DNA of 48,943 bases from Thermoanaerobaculia bacterium. GTDB lineage: Bacteria > Acidobacteriota > Thermoanaerobaculia > Gp7-AA8. The translations under genes and the position numbers were made by a program. How positions within the stretch are numbered: position 1 is the first letter of the stretch; every line of letters starts with the position of its first letter. The stretch lies in the NCBI GenBank assembly GCA_034663965.1, contig JAXDIO010000291.1:1-48943 (forward strand), in the 5' to 3' direction. Below are positions 7,073-15,588 of the stretch, one piece after another. The notes beneath the pieces were generated by a model that searched no databases, had not been told where the DNA came from, and was given only the letters and a program-made list of their open reading frames with translations.

Positions 7073-9010
7073 CTACTGCGCCGCCTGCGCGATGAACGCG
7101 TCGAGGTTTCGCGGGTTCACCGGCATGTGCAGGGCGTTGGTCAGGAAATCGTTCGCGTCCGTCGGCGAGATTGCTTTTGCGGCGCGGAGCTCGGCGACGC
7201 CCTCCGAGCGCTTGTTTGCCTGGAGCAGGCCGAGCCCGAGGTAGATGTGCGGTTCGACGGATTGCGGAAAGATTTCGACGGCAAGGCGGTACTGGCTCAC
7301 CGCCTCCTCGTAGTGGCCGTCCTGCGAGAGCTTGGTGCCGTCGTCGAGATACTTGTCGTATTCGTCCTGCCGCGGATTGCGCGGCACCATCTGCGTGGCG
7401 ACGGCGATGTTGTTCTTCGCGTGCGGCGTCGTCGGATCGAGTGACAGCGCGTAGCGGTTGTTGTTAATCGCGCCGCGGAGCAGCGCCGTTCGCACTGCCG
7501 AGTCAGGCATCGCGCGCGCTTTCACCACCAGCGCGGTCCCCAGGGCCACGTACGCCTGCGGAAACCAATCCGGCGCTTTCGCGCCCTGGACTTCCATTGC
7601 CGGGACCGTCAGGTCGATGGCGCGCTGCAGGTGAGGCATGGCCTCGTCTGGTTTCGTGGCCTGCAGGGTTTGCCCGAGGAGATATTCGGCGACGGAATTA
7701 TCCCGGGTGACATCGAGCGCGTGCGCGAAGAGAGTCTCCGAATCCTTCCAGTAGCGGAGCTGATGGCTGGCCACGATCGCGCAGCCGGTGACCACAACTG
7801 CGGCGATTGCGGCCAGCGCCTGCGATGGAATCCGAAAACGTGCGGCGAGATCGAGCGCGCCGAAGGTCAGCGCGATGAAGAGGCCGATGTAGGCAAAGTA
7901 CGTGTAGCGGTCCGCCATCGATTGCGTTCCGATCGCGACGATGCCTATGACCGGAATGAGCGTGCCGAGGAACCAGAGCCAGCCGGTGAGGAGGTAGGGC
8001 GCGGTGCGGCGGGCGGCGTAGACGGCGATCGTGATGGCCGCGATGAAAAGCAGCGGGAGGATCGCGGCGGCGAGCGAAACGCGGACGAGCGGATAGGGGA
8101 GAGCCATATCGATCGGGACGAAGAGTTTCCCGACGTAGGTGGCGTATGCGAGCAGCGCGTTCGCGATGCGATCGCCGATCGAGAGAGAGGCTTGAATCGC
8201 ATTCAGACTGCGTTGGCCGATCACAGCGGCGGCGGCTCCCACGATCGTGAGCAGGAACAGCGGCCACTTTTCGATTGCCCGCTGCCGGAGATCGTCCAAC
8301 GTGCGCAGACGACTCAGCGGCCAGACGTCGATCAGGAGAAAGACGAACGGCAGCGTGATGTACATCTGCTTCGCCATCAGCGAAAGCGCCATCGCGATCG
8401 AGACGCCGGCCATCCGCCGCGGCGCGCGGGCGTAAAGCCAGAGCGCGAGCATGGCGAAGACGGTCGAGAGCGTGTCTTTCCGTTCCGAGACCCAGGCCAC
8501 CGACTCCACGTGCATCGGATGAATCGCGAAGAGCGCTGCGATGAATGCGGACGGCCACGGCGCTCGCGTTAGTTGGCGCAGGGCGAGAAAGAGAAGCAAG
8601 GTGCTGAGCGCGTGCAGAAAGACGCTAGTGAGCAGATGCATCCCGGCGCGCTGGCCCCAGATCGTCACGTCGAGCATGTGCGAGAGCCACGTCAGCGGAT
8701 ACCAGCCGATGTCGGCGGACGTCAGCGCCCACGACACGTCGCGATTGAGGACGTGCTGATTTTCGTAGACGAACTGGCCGTCATCGAGATTCAGAAACGC
8801 ATGCGTGGTGACCTGGCCGAAGACGATGAACGTGAGCGCGATGAGAATCGCGACGATCGTCCAATCGCGCGCACGCCAGTCGACCGGCGCGGGAGTCGCT
8901 TCCAAAACGGCTGCGACAACCGGCTCGGGAGTGGTGCGGATCTGTTTCTGGCGTGCTTTTCGGCCCATATGAAAAACGCCGGCGGTGGCCGGCGCGTCGA
9001 TCGTCATCAT
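7073..9010 (-). CDS. Membrane O-glycosyl/mannosyltransferase-like protein (PMT_2/DUF1736-like N-terminal half) with C-terminal TPR repeats
   Basis: Multi-pass N-terminal half with AIHPMHVESVAWVSERKD. The C-terminal ~200 aa have TPR-like AxxYLGxxL periodicity. The start is uncertain (9010, 9007 or 8968), because 9010 is also the last base of the tRNA-Val. Confidence 0.7.
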   Translation of the reverse strand: MMTIDAPATAGVFHMGRKARQKQIRTTPEPVVAAVLEATPAPVDWRARDWTIVAILIALTFIVFGQVTTHAFLNLDDGQFVYENQHVLNRDVSWALTSADIGWYPLTWLSHMLDVTIWGQRAGMHLLTSVFLHALSTLLLFLALRQLTRAPWPSAFIAALFAIHPMHVESVAWVSERKDTLSTVFAMLALWLYARAPRRMAGVSIAMALSLMAKQMYITLPFVFLLIDVWPLSRLRTLDDLRQRAIEKWPLFLLTIVGAAAAVIGQRSLNAIQASLSIGDRIANALLAYATYVGKLFVPIDMALPYPLVRVSLAAAILPLLFIAAITIAVYAARRTAPYLLTGWLWFLGTLIPVIGIVAIGTQSMADRYTYFAYIGLFIALTFGALDLAARFRIPSQALAAIAAVVVTGCAIVASHQLRYWKDSETLFAHALDVTRDNSVAEYLLGQTLQATKPDEAMPHLQRAIDLTVPAMEVQGAKAPDWFPQAYVALGTALVVKARAMPDSAVRTALLRGAINNNRYALSLDPTTPHAKNNIAVATQMVPRNPRQDEYDKYLDDGTKLSQDGHYEEAVSQYRLAVEIFPQSVEPHIYLGLGLLQANKRSEGVAELRAAKAISPTDANDFLTNALHMPVNPRNLDAFIAQAAQ

Positions 9011-9085
9011 GGTAGGCCCTAGCGGACTCGAACCGCTGACCTCTACCGTGTCAAGGTAGCGCTCTAACCAACTGAGCTAAGGGCC
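9010..9085 (-). tRNA. tRNA-Val (anticodon GAC), CCA encoded
   Basis: Reverse complement is GGCCCTTAGCTCAGTTGGTTAGAGCGCTACCTTGACACGGTAGAGGTCAGCGGTTCGAGTCCGCTAGGGCCTACCA. It folds as a cloverleaf by hand, with anticodon loop TTGACAC. Confidence 0.9.
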
Positions 9086-9222
9086 TGAACACTAGACCGG
9101 CACGAACAGAAGCGGGTTTCGATGCTATTCCCCTGCGGCCGGCCCGGGTCCGCGGAGGATATTCGAAGCACGGGATTCGCGGCAAGCAACGAAACGGCAC
9201 GCTCCACGCAGGTGTCCGCGCC

Positions 9223-9699
9223 ATGAACATTTCCTCGGTTCTGCTCTGGGGATTCGCCGCGACGGTGCTGCTCACCAGCCTCACCATCGCGGCGCAGTCA
9301 CTCGGTCTGACGCGGATCGACATCCCGTTCATCATCGGCACGATGTTCACGCCCGATCGCGACCGCGCGAAAGTGATTGGGCTCGCGCTTCACCTCATCA
9401 ACGGTTGGGGCTTCGCGGTCGTGTACGGCCTCTTCTTCGAACATACCCACGCCGCCACCTGGTGGTACGGCGCAATCCTCGGCGGATTGCAGGGGATGTT
9501 CATCGTGGCCGTGCTGCTGCCGATCCTGCCCGGCATCCACCCGCGAATGGTGTCGGACTTTCGCGGCCCCGAGCCGACCCGGTTGCTCGAACCGCCGGGA
9601 TTTTTCGTCACGAACTACGGGGGCAAAACGCCGCTGGTGTTGATCGTCGTGCATGTGCTTTACGGCACGACGATTGGGGCGTTTTACAGCGTGGTTTGA
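9223..9699 (+). CDS. Small integral membrane protein (about 4 TM), function unknown
   Basis: 158-aa ORF with hydrophobic segments and sensible codon usage. I recognise no motif. Confidence 0.55.
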   Translation: MNISSVLLWGFAATVLLTSLTIAAQSLGLTRIDIPFIIGTMFTPDRDRAKVIGLALHLINGWGFAVVYGLFFEHTHAATWWYGAILGGLQGMFIVAVLLPILPGIHPRMVSDFRGPEPTRLLEPPGFFVTNYGGKTPLVLIVVHVLYGTTIGAFYSVV

Positions 9700-9712
9700 T
9701 TTCCCCAGGCAT

Positions 9713-9836
9713 CCCGAGCATCAGCAGCACAGACACTCTTGTCTGTGCCACATTCGCTCTCTCAAGTACCAGCATTTGCGCGATGCCGCACGGTTGGTGT
9801 GGCACAGACACTCTTGTCTGTGCTCTTGCAAGATGC
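9713..9836. repeat. Composite of two GCACAGACA-N4-TGTCTGTGC mini-hairpins (9727-9748, 9802-9823)
   Basis: Same cores and tails as 2099-2223, in reverse orientation. Both loops read CTCT on the + strand (see findings). Confidence 0.85.
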
Positions 9837-9857
9837 AGCGGCTGATCCTGCAACCCG

Positions 9858-11690
9858 TCACGCGCTCGCGCGCGGCTCCGCCTTCCCCTGCTCCTCGGCT
9901 TGCGCCAAGCACAGCGCCGCGGTGAGCAGCGCGATGTGAGTGAGCGCTTGCGGAAAGTTCCCCAGCATCTCGCCGCTGCGCACGTCGATCTCCTCGGAAA
10001 ACAGGCCAACATCGTTGCCGCGCCGGGCGAGGTCGTCGAAGAGTGTGCGCGCTTCGCCGACACGTCCGGCAAGGGCCAGCGCTTCCACGAGCCAGAAACT
10101 GCAGGCGAGGAAGGCGCCTTCGCCGGACGGCAGGCCGTCGTCGGTTTCGCGCGTGTCGTAGCGGTAGATCAGCCCGAAGTGGCCGAGTTCGGCGCGGATC
10201 GCGTCGATCGTTCCGAGCATGCGCGGGTCGGCGGGATCGATGAAGCCGACGCGGGCGATGAAGAGAAGGCTGGCGTCGACCTCCTCGTCGTCGAAGATGC
10301 CGGTGAAGCTGTTGCGACGCGTACTGAAGCCGTGCGCCAGGACCTCGTCCTTGATCGCGGCTTTTGCGTTTGCAATCCGCGCGTAGTCGATCTTCACGTG
10401 GCAACGCTTGGCGATGCGTTGCGCGCTGTCGAGCGCGGACCAGGCCATGACCTTGCCGTGCACGTGTTGGCGCAGGCCGCCACGTTTTTCCCAGATCCCG
10501 GCATCGGGCTCCTGCCAGCGTTCGCAGACGATTTCCGTCAGGCGGCGGATGAGATGTTGGACGTCGCGATCGAGCTCTTCACCGCGCCGCGTTGCCTCTT
10601 CGATCGCGCCGAGAACTTCGCCGTAGACGTCGAGTTGAAATTGTCCGTGAGCGTCATTGCCAATGCGAACAGGACGCGAGCCGCGATAGCCGGCCAGATG
10701 ATCGAGTGTTTTCTCCGCCACACGCGACTCGCCGAAAACGTCGTAGAGCATCTGCAGGTGCGGCTGGGTGAGACGCGTGGAGTAGAGCAGCCAGTCGAGA
10801 AACGCCGCGCCTTCGATCGAGAAGCCGCAGTCGTAAAGCGCGGTCACCGTCCACGATGCGTCGCGCAGCCAGCAGTAGCGATAGTCCCAGTTGCGGACGC
10901 TGCCGATCGACTCGGGGAGCGACGTGGTCGGCGCGGCGACGATGGCGCCGGTCGGTGCGTACGTCAGCAACTTCAGCACGAGCGCCGAACGCAGGACGAG
11001 CGCGCGATGCGGGCCGTCGTAGGTGAGTTGCGACGACCAGTCGCGCCAGAACTTCTCGGTGCGTTCGATGGCGTTGTCGGTGATCGACGGGAGAACGGCG
11101 GGCGTGTGATCGTCGAAGCCGAGGGCGAAGGTGCGCGATTCGCCGGCTTTGAGCGTGAATCGCGCGATTGCTGTGCCGTCGCCGATGTCGAACTTCGCAT
11201 CGCTGCGAAGGTTGAGCACGCGCGCTCCCCATCCGCAGTGGATGGAGTCGCCGCGAGACGCAAGCCGAGGAGTGATGCGGGCGTAGTCGGGGCGCGGGGC
11301 GTAGAGGACTTCGATCGGCAGCTCGCCGTCGATCACCTCGATGCGGCGCAGCAGTTGCCGGAACGGTGTCAGCGAGGTCCGTTTCTCGTCTTCGGTCATG
11401 ACCGGCATCAGATCGAGGAGGCGCGCCGTGCCGGAGCTGGCGGTGAAGGTCGTTTCGATGACGTTGGTGCCGTCGAGATAGCGTCGCTGCGATTCATGCT
11501 CGATCGTCGGATGAATGGCGAAGAAGCCGCCTTTGTCGACATCGAGAAGGCGTCCGAAGATCGATGGCGAATCGAAACGCGGCCAGCACAGCCAGTCGAT
11601 CGAGCCGCCGCGCGACACGAGCGCCACCGAGCGCGTGCAGCCGATGGCGGCGTAGTCGGCGATGGGAACGGATTCGGGCACGCGGCGCAA
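9858..11690 (-). CDS. Glycoside hydrolase family 15 (glucoamylase/trehalase-like)
   Basis: ADYAAIGCTRSVALVSRGGSIDWLCWPRFDSPSIF N-terminal signature and a WDYRYCWLRDA catalytic-domain motif. The 5' extension to 11837 runs through the CACAAAG repeat, so I place the start at TTG 11690 or GTG 11681. Confidence 0.8.
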   Translation of the reverse strand: MRRVPESVPIADYAAIGCTRSVALVSRGGSIDWLCWPRFDSPSIFGRLLDVDKGGFFAIHPTIEHESQRRYLDGTNVIETTFTASSGTARLLDLMPVMTEDEKRTSLTPFRQLLRRIEVIDGELPIEVLYAPRPDYARITPRLASRGDSIHCGWGARVLNLRSDAKFDIGDGTAIARFTLKAGESRTFALGFDDHTPAVLPSITDNAIERTEKFWRDWSSQLTYDGPHRALVLRSALVLKLLTYAPTGAIVAAPTTSLPESIGSVRNWDYRYCWLRDASWTVTALYDCGFSIEGAAFLDWLLYSTRLTQPHLQMLYDVFGESRVAEKTLDHLAGYRGSRPVRIGNDAHGQFQLDVYGEVLGAIEEATRRGEELDRDVQHLIRRLTEIVCERWQEPDAGIWEKRGGLRQHVHGKVMAWSALDSAQRIAKRCHVKIDYARIANAKAAIKDEVLAHGFSTRRNSFTGIFDDEEVDASLLFIARVGFIDPADPRMLGTIDAIRAELGHFGLIYRYDTRETDDGLPSGEGAFLACSFWLVEALALAGRVGEARTLFDDLARRGNDVGLFSEEIDVRSGEMLGNFPQALTHIALLTAALCLAQAEEQGKAEPRASA

Positions 11691-11704
11691 TTGTAAGGAT
11701 CGCG

Positions 11705-11786
11705 AAAGGCTTCTCACCACAAAGACACAAAGAGCACAAAGAGAGCTTTCTTTGTGTCCTTTGTGTCTTTGTGGTGAAAAGCCTTT
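11705..11786. repeat. CACAAAG-armed palindrome (ccacaaag acacaaag agcacaaag / loop / complement)
   Basis: Read directly. A second copy lies at 23979-24058. Confidence 0.85.
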
Positions 11787-11805
11787 CAGAGCATGATTCG
11801 CGGCG

Positions 11806-12441
11806 ATGCTTCGCGTCACCGAAATCTTCCACAGCATTCAGGGCGAGTCGACGCATGCCGGGCGGCCGTGCGTCTTCGTGCGGCTGGCCGGCTGCAATCT
11901 GCGCTGCCGCTGGTGCGACTCGGAATACACCTTCACCGGCGGCGAGAAGATGTCGATCGATGACGTGATCGAGCGCGTGAAGCGCTACGGCTGCGAACTC
12001 GTCGAAGTCACGGGAGGCGAGCCGCTGGCGCAGAAGGAAGCGTTCGATCTGATCGCGCGGCTTTGCGATGACGGGTTCGAGGTGCTCATCGAAACCTCCG
12101 GATCGATCGACATCGAGCCGGTGGACCGCCGCGCGAAGATCATTCTCGACGTGAAATGTCCAGGTTCCGGTGAAGCGGAAAAGAACTACTGGCCGAATCT
12201 CCACAAGCTTCGTCCGCACGACGAGATCAAGTTCGTCATCGCCGATCGAGGCGATTACGAATGGGCGCGCGGCGTCATCGCGGAGCGCAACTTGACGGGG
12301 CGCACGATCCTCTTTTCGCCGGTGTGGGGCGAGATCGATCTCAAGCCGTTGGCAGAATGGATGCTCGCTGACCGGGTCCCGGCGCGGCTGCAGACGCAAT
12401 TGCACAAACACATCTGGGGCGCGGACGTGAAGGGAGTCTGA
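11806..12441 (+). CDS. queE: 7-carboxy-7-deazaguanine synthase (radical SAM)
   Basis: EIFHSIQGESTHAGRPCVFVRLAGCNLRCRWCDSEYTF is the QueE signature, including the CxxxCxxC-like cluster. Confidence 0.9.
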   Translation: MLRVTEIFHSIQGESTHAGRPCVFVRLAGCNLRCRWCDSEYTFTGGEKMSIDDVIERVKRYGCELVEVTGGEPLAQKEAFDLIARLCDDGFEVLIETSGSIDIEPVDRRAKIILDVKCPGSGEAEKNYWPNLHKLRPHDEIKFVIADRGDYEWARGVIAERNLTGRTILFSPVWGEIDLKPLAEWMLADRVPARLQTQLHKHIWGADVKGV

Positions 12442-12839
12442 TGAACAAACCGACGCTTGACCACATCGGCATCGCCGTGAAGTCGCTCGATGCCTCCAAA
12501 ATTTACGAAGCGCTCGGACTGACGATCGATCACGTCGAAACCGTGGCGACGCAGGGCGTGCGAACGGCGTTTTTGTCCGCCGGCGATCCGGACATCGAGC
12601 TGCTCGAACCGGCCGGTCCCGAATCAACAATCGCGAAGTTCATCGAGAAACGCGGCGAAGGAATCCATCACATCTGCTTTCGCGTGGACGACATCGAAGC
12701 CTATCTCGCGCATCTCAAATCACTCGGCTACCGCCTCATCAACGAGGCTCCGGTGCCGGGCGCGCACGGCTGCCGCGTGGCCTTTCTCCATCCGGCCGCG
12801 GGCAACGGCGTGCTGATCGAACTGAGCGAGAAATCATGA
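12441..12839 (+). CDS. mce: Methylmalonyl-CoA epimerase (VOC/glyoxalase fold)
   Basis: LDHIGIAV...IELLEP...IAKFIEKRGEGIHHICFRVDDI...GVLIEL. The start overlaps the queE stop by 1 nt. Confidence 0.85.
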   Translation: MNKPTLDHIGIAVKSLDASKIYEALGLTIDHVETVATQGVRTAFLSAGDPDIELLEPAGPESTIAKFIEKRGEGIHHICFRVDDIEAYLAHLKSLGYRLINEAPVPGAHGCRVAFLHPAAGNGVLIELSEKS

Positions 12840-13168
12840 TCGAAGGCTTTGCGCCGTTCGCGCTGATCATCCTTAATCTCGTCAATCCGAAGGAGAAGTT
12901 CTTCGGCGTGCTGACCGCGCTTTCGCCGGCCGGCGTGACGATGCGCGGCATCAACCTCGACTCGTTCGAAGACTGGATCCACCAGATCGCGCGCAACGAG
13001 GAGCCCGACCTCGACCTGATCACGATGTTCGTCCCGCTCTTCCGCGTCGAACGGATCTTCCTCGACGAGCCCTCGGGTGCGATCAAGTCGTACGGACAAC
13101 GCTTCGAGCAGGTGGCCGGCGTTCCGCTCCGCACGTTCCTCGGCATGGACAACGACGCAGAGCATTAG
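12836..13168 (+). CDS. Hypothetical protein (110 aa), translationally coupled to mce
   Basis: ATGA start/stop overlap and non-biased composition. No motif recognised. Confidence 0.55.
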   Translation: MIEGFAPFALIILNLVNPKEKFFGVLTALSPAGVTMRGINLDSFEDWIHQIARNEEPDLDLITMFVPLFRVERIFLDEPSGAIKSYGQRFEQVAGVPLRTFLGMDNDAEH

Positions 13169-13174
13169 CCAACG

Positions 13175-13319
13175 CGACGGAACGCTGGCGTCCCGCCGGC
13201 TGGCGTGGCGGCGTCTCGCCGCCACGTGAACGCGGATGCAAGTTGCCTCCGCGCCGGCGTCGCAGAACGCAGGCGCGGGACGCCTGCGGGCCAGCCGGCG
13301 AGACGCCAGCGTTCCGTCG
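13175..13319. repeat. GC-rich compound palindrome with terminal inverted repeat cgacggaacgctggcgtc...gacgccagcgttccgtcg
   Basis: Read directly. Related copies at 17906-18059 and 20847-20976. Confidence 0.8.
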
Positions 13320-13344
13320 TGGCCCGCGCTACCATCCCCGTGGT

Positions 13345-15588
13345 TTGAATCCCACCTTCATCTACGTCGGTGCCATCTACGCGATTGCGGTTGCGCTCGC
13401 GCGGCGCGGCGGCAACCCGCTGCCGAAGCGGATCGCGGTTTTGTTTTACGCGTTGGTGCTCGTCTTCTTGTTCAAGGCAATGACGGGGCCGTATGTCTGC
13501 ATCGCCACCGACATCCCGAAACTCATCGCGCCGTGGTCGGCGTCCGCGCCGGGGATGACGAAGTACACGGTGATGAACGGGGAGACGCAGGACGTGGTGA
13601 TGCAGCTCGTGCCGTGGGCGCATCAGGTGCGTAACGCATGGCTGAGCGGGCACGCGCCGCTGTGGAACGCGTTGGCCGGTTGCGGCTATCCGCTCCTCGC
13701 CAACGCGCAGAGCGCCGCATTTTCGCCGCTGCGGATTCTCGCGTTGCCGCTGCCGCTTGGCTATGCGATGACGTTCGAGGCGGCGATGAAGATGCTCGTT
13801 GCGCTGACGTTTACGTTTCTCTATTGCCGGCGGCGATACGGCGTGCTGCCGAGCAGCATCGCCGCGATCGCGTATGGATTCGGTCCGTTCGTGGTGGCGT
13901 GGCTGCACTTCGCGCAAAGCACAGCGGCCTGTTTTCTGCCCGCAGTGCTGTACCAGATCGATGTGATCGTCGAACGGCGGACGTACGCGCGCTTCGTCAT
14001 GACGGCGGCGGTCGGAGCCACCGTCGTTTTTTGCGGGCATCCGGAGACGGCGGTGCACATCCTCTTCTTCGCCATCGCGTACGTGCTGTGGATCGTGATC
14101 GTGGAGAAGCAGCGCGCGTTTCTGCCGGCGCTGGCCGGCGCGGGCGCGGTGGCCTTTCTGCTCGCTCTGCCGATGATCATTCCGTTCGCGGAGAACGTCC
14201 GAAACTCGACACGGTTCGAGGACATGAAGAAAGCGGACGCCGTGATGCCGTTTTCCGATGCGACCTCGCTCGCGCTGCTCGTGCAACCGCGGCTGTACGG
14301 AACGCGGCCCGGCAATCCGTGGGGTCCGGCCGGCGCCGAGGCGGTGACGGGATTTGCCGGAATCCTGGGGATCGCGTCGATCATCGCTATTGCCATCGAT
14401 GCGATTGCGCGGCGGCGTTTCCGCGAGCGCGAAGTCTTCTTCGTCATCGCCGCGATCGCGATCTTCATCCTCCTCGCGAATGTGAAACCGCTGGTGGTAG
14501 CGATGCACGCGATCATCGGACTGGCCGCCAATGCGCGGCTCCGTTTTCTCTTCGCGTGGATCCTGGCAGTGCTGATCGCCGCGGCGTTGAATCGAATACG
14601 CACGATTCCGTTCGCGATCGGATTGGTATCGGCGGCATCGCTGATCGCCATCATCGTGATGAGGACGCCGTTCCCGAGCGCCGTTGCGCGTCACGACGGA
14701 CTCGTCTCGATCATCCCGAGCGCGATCGTGCTCGTCATCGCTGCGATTGCACTCGTGCCGAGGATGCGAACGGTCGCGTCGGTGCTGCTGGTTGCCGCGG
14801 TCATCGCGGAGATCTGGCCGCTGACGATCGGCTGGAACTCAGCGTTTTCTATCGAAACCTTCTATCCGCGCACGCCGCTCATCGATGCCGTTCTGCGCTA
14901 CCACCGCCCCGGTTTCGATCGTGTGGCCGGTATCGGCGGCGTTCTTTTTCCGAACACCAACGCGATGTTCGGCATCGAAGACGCGCGTATTCACGATCCA
15001 ATGGAGCCGGCCCCGTACGTTCGTTTCATCGGCGACTGGATCTCGCACGACTACTACAAAAAATGGAACGACGAAGCGACGCCCATGCTCGACCGCTTGA
15101 ACGTGCGCTGGCTGATGACCGAGCCCAATCGCGAACTGAGAGACACTGCGCGCTACGTCCTTCGCTACGCCGGTCCCGACGGACGCCTCTACGAAAATCT
15201 GCACGTGAAGCCGCGCTTCTTTGCGGACGGTGCGCGCGTCACGATCACCCGCGCGCAGGGCGACGAGTACACGCTAGAGATTGATGCCGCGAAGGACGCC
15301 CTCATTCAAAGCAGCGTCGGCTGGTCGCGGTCGTGGAGAGTCTCTGGCGCCGAAAAAAGAATGGACCTCCCGTTCCTCGCCTTCGCAGTTCCCGCCGGCC
15401 ACACGCGCGTTCGCATTCGCTATGTCGACGACCCTTTCCGCATCGCGTCGATCATCGCCCTGCTGACCGCCGCCGCGCTCCTCTGCTTTATGATCCGCGC
15501 CCGTGTTCAACGCCACCTGGATTTACACCGGCGTGCTTTACGCGATCGTGATCGCATGCGCCCGGCGGTGGATTCCGGCGGTCCGTGA
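13345..15588 (+). CDS. YfhO-like integral membrane glycosyltransferase (GT-C), paralog 1
   Basis: Collinear with the next gene (e.g. QLVPWAHQVRNAWLSGHAPLWNALAGCGYPLLANAQSAAFSPLRILALPLPLGYAMTFEAAMK). I chose the TTG start at 13345 by alignment with the paralog N-terminus (MNPTFIYVG versus MFNATWIYTG); the upstream part of the ORF lies in the repeat. Confidence 0.7.
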   Translation: MNPTFIYVGAIYAIAVALARRGGNPLPKRIAVLFYALVLVFLFKAMTGPYVCIATDIPKLIAPWSASAPGMTKYTVMNGETQDVVMQLVPWAHQVRNAWLSGHAPLWNALAGCGYPLLANAQSAAFSPLRILALPLPLGYAMTFEAAMKMLVALTFTFLYCRRRYGVLPSSIAAIAYGFGPFVVAWLHFAQSTAACFLPAVLYQIDVIVERRTYARFVMTAAVGATVVFCGHPETAVHILFFAIAYVLWIVIVEKQRAFLPALAGAGAVAFLLALPMIIPFAENVRNSTRFEDMKKADAVMPFSDATSLALLVQPRLYGTRPGNPWGPAGAEAVTGFAGILGIASIIAIAIDAIARRRFREREVFFVIAAIAIFILLANVKPLVVAMHAIIGLAANARLRFLFAWILAVLIAAALNRIRTIPFAIGLVSAASLIAIIVMRTPFPSAVARHDGLVSIIPSAIVLVIAAIALVPRMRTVASVLLVAAVIAEIWPLTIGWNSAFSIETFYPRTPLIDAVLRYHRPGFDRVAGIGGVLFPNTNAMFGIEDARIHDPMEPAPYVRFIGDWISHDYYKKWNDEATPMLDRLNVRWLMTEPNRELRDTARYVLRYAGPDGRLYENLHVKPRFFADGARVTITRAQGDEYTLEIDAAKDALIQSSVGWSRSWRVSGAEKRMDLPFLAFAVPAGHTRVRIRYVDDPFRIASIIALLTAAALLCFMIRARVQRHLDLHRRALRDRDRMRPAVDSGGP

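Noticed and set aside
9086-9222. 137-nt leader upstream of the small membrane protein, inspected for a riboswitch
   Set aside because: I could not recognise any conserved riboswitch core (fluoride, preQ1, SAM, TPP, cobalamin) or a convincing terminator/antiterminator pair.
11691-11837. 5' extension of the GH15 ORF (MLWKISVTRSIAANHALKGFSPQRHKGHKESSLCALCVFVV...)
   Set aside because: The extension is the translation of the CACAAAG palindrome and overlaps the queE start region. The conserved GH15 N-terminus begins just downstream of TTG 11690 / GTG 11681.
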